Positions 15,356 through 20,740 of a stretch of 32,000 nucleotides of DNA are shown piece by piece. Position 1 is the first letter of the stretch. Every line of letters begins with the position of its first letter. Origin of the DNA: Thermofilum adornatum (GTDB lineage: Archaea; Thermoproteota; Thermoprotei; Thermofilales; Thermofilaceae); assembly GCF_000446015.1 (NCBI RefSeq), contig NC_022093.1, positions 1,440,001-1,472,000 on the forward strand, in the 5' to 3' direction. The notes below the pieces were generated by a model that was given only the letters and a program-made list of their open reading frames with translations, had not been told where the DNA came from and made no database searches. The translations under genes and the position numbers were made by a program.

Positions 15356-15823
15356 TTGCCTAGGAGGCTTGAAGAAAGGATAAGGAAGGAGTCTGAGAAG
15401 AGGGGTGTGTCAGAGGATGAGCTTGTTGTGAAGCTCTTGTCAGAGGCTCTTGGGGAGAGTCTTGATCCCGATACAAGTTGTGAGTTGCATTTGAAGCTCT
15501 CTGAGAAATATTTGAGGGAGGCAGAGGAATTCCTGGCTAGGGGTGACTATATGCAGGCATCTGAGAGGGCTTGGGGTGCAGCAGCTCAGATTGTTAAGGC
15601 GCTAGCCGCTAAGGAAGGGAGAGAGCTTAGGAGTCATGGGGAGTTGCATCGGTATGTCTCGAAGCTTAGCAGTGAGATGGATGATAGGGAGATATCGAGG
15701 CTCTGGCTCTCTGCTGTGTCTCTTCACCAGAATTTTTACGAGAATTGGCTTCCCGGGGAAATTGTTGAGGAGGGAGTAGAGAGTCTCAAGGAGTTTGTGG
15801 AAAAGTTGAGGAAGCTTTTGTAA
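15356..15823 (+). CDS. RHH-like N-terminus fused to a PaREP1 domain (subtype A)
   Basis: N-terminus is LPRRLEERIRKESEKRGVSEDELVVKLLSEAL. The core is LHLKLSEKYLREAEEFLARGDYMQASERAWGAAAQIVKALAAKEGRELRSH...LHQNFYENWL. TTG start. Confidence 0.8.
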   Translation: MPRRLEERIRKESEKRGVSEDELVVKLLSEALGESLDPDTSCELHLKLSEKYLREAEEFLARGDYMQASERAWGAAAQIVKALAAKEGRELRSHGELHRYVSKLSSEMDDREISRLWLSAVSLHQNFYENWLPGEIVEEGVESLKEFVEKLRKLL

Positions 15824-15879
15824 GTTCTTTGACGTGTTCTCGTGCCTCCGTAGACATTTGAGTCGAGTGCAACACACAT

Positions 15880-15990
15880 GCTTTGAACTTTCTTGGTAGC
15901 CTTGTTCGAAAGGAGGAGCCTCTCGAAGATGAAAGGAAGGCTATAGAGTCTGGAGATGAGCTAGTCGGGAGGATGAGATTTTTAGGGTTC
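15880..15990 (+). pseudogene. Remnant of a second copy of the small acidic antitoxin-like gene (paralog of 8327..8509)
   Basis: ALNFLGSLVRKEEPLEDERKAIESGDELVGRMRFLGF aligns with ELRLLYKSLVDKLVPEEEPLEDEKETIESSDEVVGEDEVLRVFG, including nucleotide-level similarity. There is a frameshift near the end and no proper start. The ORF track fuses it artificially to the MNT gene (15883..16380). Confidence 0.45.
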
Positions 15991-16080
15991 TCAGATAAAG
16001 TTTTGGCGAGTGGTGGGATGCGGGTTGCTCGGTTTAGCAGAAAACATATATGGATCTCCAAATGTAACTTCTTTGGAAAC

Positions 16081-16380
16081 ATGGAGGACATAAAGAAGAT
16101 TATTGTCCCAGTATTGCGGCGCTATGGTGTGAGGAGAGCGGCTGTTTTTGGGTCTTTTGCTCGTGGGGAGGCTAGGGAGGATAGCGACTTGGATATTATT
16201 GTTGAATTTGAGGAGGGTAGGAGCTTGCTGGACTTGGCTGGCTTAAAGGTTGAGCTAGAGGATGTTCTCGGCAGGAGAGTGGACATTGTTACGTATGGTT
16301 CCCTGCACCCACTTCTTAGGGAAAGAGTTCTTAAGGAGGAAAAGAGGATACTATGGGGAAAGACCCGAAAACAACCTTAG
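16081..16380 (+). CDS. Minimal nucleotidyltransferase (MNT / MntA-type antitoxin)
   Basis: I prefer the ATG at 16081 within ORF 15883..16380. AAVFGSFARGEAREDSDLDIIVEF carries the GSxxRG...DxD pol-beta-type nucleotidyltransferase signature. The roughly 100-aa size is typical of MNT antitoxins. Confidence 0.8.
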   Translation: MEDIKKIIVPVLRRYGVRRAAVFGSFARGEAREDSDLDIIVEFEEGRSLLDLAGLKVELEDVLGRRVDIVTYGSLHPLLRERVLKEEKRILWGKTRKQP

Positions 16381-16432
16381 GGACATACTTGAGAAAATTT
16401 GAATTAGAGAAAATACCTAGGGGATCATATTG
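16376..16432 (+). pseudogene. 5-prime remnant of a DUF86/HEPN (HepT-type) toxin
   Basis: The frame overlapping the MNT 3-prime end reads NLRDILEKI*IRENT*GII. This is collinear with the usual DUF86 N-terminus (L.DILE.IE.IE.YT.G.) but has two in-frame stops. The DUF4258 gene start at 16435 truncates it. Confidence 0.4.
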
Positions 16433-16434
16433 GC

Positions 16435-16719
16435 ATGATTAAGAAAAAGCTTGTCTTCACTAAACACGCAAGGGAAGCTATCGTTAAAAGGGAGCTTGAT
16501 GCAGAGTCAATACTTAATGCTATTCTAGCTCCAGATGAACTCTTCTGGGATAGGCGTTCAGGTTGCATGGTGGCTATTAAGAAAGACGACCTAGCACTTA
16601 TTGTTGTTTATGAGGTGACAAATGAAAAATTCAGAGTGGTTACAGCATTTAAATCATCCAAGTTAGTTAAACTTATTAGGAGCAAGCTTAGCAAAGGATT
16701 CTGGGTAAAGATTCAATGA
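16435..16719 (+). CDS. DUF4258-like toxin-type protein
   Basis: LVFTKHAREAIVKRELDAESILNAILAPDE....LALIVVYEVTNEKFRVVTAF matches the DUF4258 pattern (i.fT.HA...m..R.i....i...l......). It overlaps the next gene in an ATGA junction. Confidence 0.65.
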   Translation: MIKKKLVFTKHAREAIVKRELDAESILNAILAPDELFWDRRSGCMVAIKKDDLALIVVYEVTNEKFRVVTAFKSSKLVKLIRSKLSKGFWVKIQ

Positions 16720-16958
16720 GGGTGAGGTACGACAAAAGACACGATATACTTTATATCGATGTCGCCCCGGGCAAGAAGGCACGCGAGACACAGCCATTGA
16801 ACGATGATATCTTTGTGGATCTCGATGAGGAGGGGAACATTGTGGGTATAGAGATTTGGAACGCCTCCGAGAACATTGTAGAGGCGCTTGCGGAGCCACT
16901 GATAGAGAAGGTGAAGAAATCGCTTGAAAAATCTGTCATGGCAGGAAAAGGTTCATAG
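16716..16958 (+). CDS. DUF2283-like antitoxin-type protein
   Basis: MRVRYDKRHDILYIDVAPGKKARETQPLNDDIFVDLDEEGNIVGIEIWNASE is the characteristic DUF2283 pattern (YD...D.LYI.........i.vD.d..G.ivGIEI..AS). Confidence 0.7.
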   Translation: MRVRYDKRHDILYIDVAPGKKARETQPLNDDIFVDLDEEGNIVGIEIWNASENIVEALAEPLIEKVKKSLEKSVMAGKGS

Positions 16959-17183
16959 TAATATGTGGGGAATTTTTGGTGTAAGTTTCCCGTTGATAGT
17001 TCCGTCGTGAAATTCAGTCTTTTTCGAAATTGAAGGGTACGTAGAGGCCGGTGTATCTATTCTTAGTATAAGAGAAAGAATTAAGGTAAAAAGAGTGATA
17101 TTTGAACGATAACATAAAAATTGGTTTACAAATTCTTTATTAAAATAAAACAATTTTTGCCAGAATAGGATTGAAAGAACGTT

Positions 17184-17209
17184 GAGTAAATATTTAAATA
17201 TATTTACTC
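17184..17209. repeat. Perfect 10-bp inverted repeat with 6-nt spacer
   Basis: The element gagtaaatat-ttaaat-atatttactc was read directly from the sequence. It lies in the AT-rich gap between the DUF2283 gene and the 17.3-19.3 kb locus. Confidence 0.7.
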
Positions 17210-17381
17210 GTTTATGTTAAACCAAATAGAAAAATAAATTAAGCTGTGATAGTGATGCAGAGAACCAAAAACTCGGCATCCCTGCTTTTAAAGCTTCTTG
17301 AAACAGACACGGTGAGGTTAGAAGCCGCTGAGAAAAAAATTAGAAAAAATATCGCGTAGTCGTTCAGAAAGTGGGGAGAAG

Positions 17382-17822
17382 TTGTCTTCGGGCTTGGGTA
17401 GTTGGAGGGAGGGCCTCGAAGAGCTCATAAAGTTGCTGGAGGACACGTGTAGCAGTATGGGTAGCCTTAATGCTGACAAGCTCTTGGAAATCCTGGGTCT
17501 CGTGGGTAGGTTGGAGAGAATGCTTGAAACGGGGTCTCAGCAGGCTTTGGGGTCTGGCGGCCCTGCTAAAGGAAGCTTGGAGAGTGACGGCTTGCTTTTG
17601 ATCAGGGAATACGTCAAGGAGGCTGTCTATAGGTTTTCGGCTGGCGACGACGCTGGGAGTGTTCTGGCCGAGGCTCTGAGTGTCGCAAATGCTTTGCGGG
17701 ATCTAGGCGCGCTTGCTGAGAGGGGGGTAGAAATTATACGTCCCAAGGATCTGGTGGTTGTAGGGTATATCGATGGGAAGCCGGTCTACTCGTTTAGGCA
17801 GGGAAATAGTCCTAATAGATAA
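17382..17822 (+). CDS. Hypothetical protein (acidic, predicted helical), no family recognised
   Basis: A 146-codon ORF with a TTG start; an alternative ATG lies at 17455. Codon composition resembles neighbouring genes. Its 3-prime end overlaps the next ORF by 50 nt. Confidence 0.4.
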   Translation: MSSGLGSWREGLEELIKLLEDTCSSMGSLNADKLLEILGLVGRLERMLETGSQQALGSGGPAKGSLESDGLLLIREYVKEAVYRFSAGDDAGSVLAEALSVANALRDLGALAERGVEIIRPKDLVVVGYIDGKPVYSFRQGNSPNR

Positions 17823-18333
17823 GGAGCCCGAGAAGGTTTTCATCGAGAAAACGGGCGATAGGGAGATACACTATTTTTACTGGAGACTTGACCTATACAA
17901 GCCCTTCGACTATGAGCCTGTCACCTTGCTTGACGGCTTTCTGTGTTCCCGTTACCATTGGAAAGGGCTTGTCCTCTGGACCGAGCCAGTTGTTAGGGAC
18001 AAACCTTTGATGACTTTTGCCTTGGGGGTTCACACGCCACTTGTATACTCGAGGAAGTGGCAAGTCTTTGTGGTTTATTGCCTTCCAGAGCTTACTCTTA
18101 GTGAGAGTTTCTGGCTTGGCTTTTACTTGACTATATTTAACGCATTACTTAAGGGTATGATAAAGCTCCCAAGCGATAAGGCTTTCCACGGCTACATGGA
18201 TAAGGCTGTGGAGGGCAAGGTTCCAGAGGAATACAGGTTCAGGCTTAAGGAGTGGACCTTTCTCATCATTGTGGGGTCTCTACCAGAGAAACTGCCAAGT
18301 GCTGTGTCGGACAGGCTAAGGGAGTGCGGATAG
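17773..18333 (+). CDS. Hypothetical protein, no family recognised
   Basis: A 186-codon ORF with an ATG start, in the +1 frame relative to 17382..17822. It is aromatic-rich (HYFYWRLDLYKPFDY, CSRYHWKG) with one hydrophobic segment (FWLGFYLTIFNALL). Confidence 0.45.
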   Translation: MGSRSTRLGREIVLIDKEPEKVFIEKTGDREIHYFYWRLDLYKPFDYEPVTLLDGFLCSRYHWKGLVLWTEPVVRDKPLMTFALGVHTPLVYSRKWQVFVVYCLPELTLSESFWLGFYLTIFNALLKGMIKLPSDKAFHGYMDKAVEGKVPEEYRFRLKEWTFLIIVGSLPEKLPSAVSDRLRECG

Positions 18334-18344
18334 GCTCTTCTAAC

Positions 18345-18368
18345 GCTGTTTTGTCTAGCTTAAACAGC
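18345..18368 (+). repeat. 7-bp inverted repeat (possible terminator hairpin) after the 17773..18333 ORF
   Basis: gctgttt-tgtctagctt-aaacagc begins 12 nt after the stop codon and is followed by cttgtttgc. Its function is not established. Confidence 0.4.
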
Positions 18369-18428
18369 CTTGTTTGCTGGATGAGATTGGAGTTGGGTAT
18401 TGTTTTCTTATGTTGACAAATTGAGGAT

Positions 18429-19292
18429 ATGTTGCTTTGGGCAAATTTTATTTCTTGTATTCGCAAAGAGCTATGTGTGGAGATTAGGAGCTTGGTGTCG
18501 CAGGCCTGGGAGAGCCTTAACAAGGTGAAAGAGCTAGTTGGTTCTGGAGTTTCCAGTGATCTGGAGGTGGCCGCTTTAAGATGGTATCTTTATTCTCTGC
18601 ATCAGAATGTTCTTGACGCTTTAGCTTCTCTGATTTCTGAGGCTGGGCTGAGGAAGCCGGGTTCCTACGCGGAGCTGGCGAAGCCTTTGGCTGAAAAGGG
18701 CTTAGTATCTGAATGGTTTGCTTGTGAGGTGGCGAGGATGGCAAGGACTGGGAATCTGCTTGCGCATGCCTATCGGAGGGTTCCCAGGGAGGAACTCGTA
18801 GAGATTGGAAACCGGGTCTTTGGGACAGCTCCAGCGCTGCTGGAGACAATAATCAAGCTAGCTGAGAGGCTTGGGGTTGATCCGCCTCATGAGAATGCGT
18901 CGAGTGATATGATAGCAGTTTTTAAGCAGTATCCGGGGATAATTGCTGTTCTGCTTTTTGGCAGTAGGGCTCGGGGCGACTATAGGCCTGACAGCGACTA
19001 TGATATTGCTGTCCTAGCGGAAAAACCGCTGGAACTGAGAGAGCTGGAAGAAATGGCCCTAGAGATGGCTGACTTGCTAGGAGTTCCAGCCGACAGGGTT
19101 GACATTGTTGACCTGCAGGTTGCCCCTAACGAGTTGCTCTACAAGGTTATTAGGGACTATGTTCCTATATATGTTTCTGACAATGAAAGGTTTAAGAGGT
19201 GGGTCTCTGAAAACTATATAAGGGTTCTCGACGAGGAAGAATCTCTTAAGGAAACCTATTACATTCGCTTAAAGAAGAAGCTCAGGCAATGA
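18429..19292 (+). CDS. Single-chain fusion of an N-terminal DUF86/HEPN-like domain and a C-terminal minimal nucleotidyltransferase (MNT)
   Basis: The N-terminal half has ...EVARMARTGNLLAHAYRRV (compare DUF86 ..fRNilvHeY). The C-terminal half has IAVLLFGSRARGDYRPDSDYDIAVL (GSxxRG...DxD). It is one uninterrupted 287-codon frame. Confidence 0.75.
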   Translation: MLLWANFISCIRKELCVEIRSLVSQAWESLNKVKELVGSGVSSDLEVAALRWYLYSLHQNVLDALASLISEAGLRKPGSYAELAKPLAEKGLVSEWFACEVARMARTGNLLAHAYRRVPREELVEIGNRVFGTAPALLETIIKLAERLGVDPPHENASSDMIAVFKQYPGIIAVLLFGSRARGDYRPDSDYDIAVLAEKPLELRELEEMALEMADLLGVPADRVDIVDLQVAPNELLYKVIRDYVPIYVSDNERFKRWVSENYIRVLDEEESLKETYYIRLKKKLRQ

Positions 19293-19466
19293 ATCTCTTA
19301 GTCTTAAAAGTAACAGTGCTGGGTGTATGTAAGGGAAAATATTTTGCGAAAAGTAAATATTTGTTTACGTAGGTTTATTCGCGTAATTTAGGGCGAGGCG
19401 TGTAGGGATGCAGGGATGCAGTGACACGTCAGACATGTTCAATGTTTTTTCTCTGGTGGTAACACT

Positions 19467-20699
19467 ATGCTCGACACCGCTTGCCTGCTAGGGATTGCCA
19501 GGTTACTGTATGTGCTATTGTCTTCTCTGAGCACCTTTACACTCTTCCTTATACTTCTATGGACTGTTTACCATACTCCTATTGTCCTTGCCGCGGTGTT
19601 TTCTAGGAGGGACAAAGACGACCCGCCCGGAGACAATTATTTGCCTAGGGTCAGCGTGATTATACCCGTCAAGAACGATGTGAGTATTGCTGAGCGTTCT
19701 CTAAGGTCCGTGGCTGTTCAAGATTATCCACGCGACAAGATCGAGGTTGTCGTCGTAGATGGCTCCAGCGATGACGTCTCTGAAAAAATAAAAGCCAGCA
19801 TTCAAGGCTTCCCTTTGGACGTCAAATACATAAGGGAGGATACGCCAAACGGGAAGCCCTCAGCGCTCAACCGTGGATTAAGGCATGTTTCAGGAGAGCT
19901 GGTGGCTGTGCTGGACGCAGACAACGTGCTTGAACCAGACGCCTTTAGGAACGCTGTAAAGTACTTCTCTGACCCAACAGTAGGGGCAGTACAGGGGGTC
20001 ATCGACCCCTTGAATGAGAAAGAGTCTATCTGGACGAGGATAGCTTCAAAGGAAGAGAAGCTCTGGAACAGGGTTCTTCTCCTCGGCAGGGCCCGGCTTG
20101 GCCTCTTTACGCCGCTTAGCGGAAGCTGTTATTTTGTCTCGCGCAGGGCTCTTCAAGAGATTGGCGGTTTTCCTAATACCCTAGCGGAAGACCTTGACCT
20201 GTCCCTGAGCCTATTGAAAAAGGGCTACAGGGTTGTATACGCCGAGGATGTGAGGGGCAAGTGGGAGACGCCTAAAACGCTTGGGGCGCTTGTCGTGCAG
20301 CGTAGGAGGTGGTATAGGGGCTACCTTGAGTCGTTTTTTAGGAACTGGAGGATAATTGGGCCAGATAGGAGGCGCTTGGACGCAGAAGTAGTTATGGCTG
20401 GACCACTTCTTCTCGTTCTAAGCTTTTTAACAATCATGTGGTGGCTTCTCATAACGACGCTCGGCCTCCCGAAACTTAACGGTGATATATCAGCGTATAT
20501 TGTTACCTCTTTGAATTTCTTCACTGTTCTCACAGTGGGATCGGCCTTGTCGTTTGGCGAGAAGCCTCGCCGCTTGACAAACATCGCATGGATACCCATT
20601 GTGTATGCGTATTGGTTGACAATGATGAGTGTTGCTCTTTGGGCTTTTCTCGGGGTATTGTTCAGGAGGCCTGCCAAGTGGGAGAGGACTCCCAAGTAA
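19467..20699 (+). CDS. Membrane-embedded processive family-2 glycosyltransferase (synthase type)
   Basis: N-terminal TM segment(s) are followed by VSVIIPVKND, VVVVDGSSDD, VLDADNV, LAEDLDLSL and QRRRWYRG (the D, D, D, Q(Q/R)xRW signature). Several C-terminal TM helices follow. Confidence 0.85.
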   Translation: MLDTACLLGIARLLYVLLSSLSTFTLFLILLWTVYHTPIVLAAVFSRRDKDDPPGDNYLPRVSVIIPVKNDVSIAERSLRSVAVQDYPRDKIEVVVVDGSSDDVSEKIKASIQGFPLDVKYIREDTPNGKPSALNRGLRHVSGELVAVLDADNVLEPDAFRNAVKYFSDPTVGAVQGVIDPLNEKESIWTRIASKEEKLWNRVLLLGRARLGLFTPLSGSCYFVSRRALQEIGGFPNTLAEDLDLSLSLLKKGYRVVYAEDVRGKWETPKTLGALVVQRRRWYRGYLESFFRNWRIIGPDRRRLDAEVVMAGPLLLVLSFLTIMWWLLITTLGLPKLNGDISAYIVTSLNFFTVLTVGSALSFGEKPRRLTNIAWIPIVYAYWLTMMSVALWAFLGVLFRRPAKWERTPK

Positions 20700-20740
20700 A
20701 GTTATAAATGTTATAGTTTTTGGAAAATGTGGCTTGGTGT

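Noticed and set aside
17185-17195. The 11-mer agtaaatattt occurs both here and at 19352-19362, that is, in both AT-rich regions flanking the unknown/HEPN-MNT locus. It could be direct repeats of an inserted element.
   Set aside because: An 11-bp AT-rich match is expected by chance many times in 32 kb. The match does not extend on either side, and no integrase is present.
17801-17807. G_GGA_AAT, a canonical X_XXY_YYZ -1 slippery heptamer in the zero frame of ORF 17382..17822, inside the overlap with the next ORF.
   Set aside because: A -1 slip reads GGG AAA TAG and terminates at once. The downstream ORF is in the +1 frame, so programmed -1 frameshifting cannot join the two ORFs.
19404-19419. 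Tandem duplication agggatgc-agggatgc about 50 nt upstream of the GT2 synthase start.
   Set aside because: It is only two copies of an 8-mer and I saw no further occurrences. It is too short to call a regulatory repeat without other evidence.
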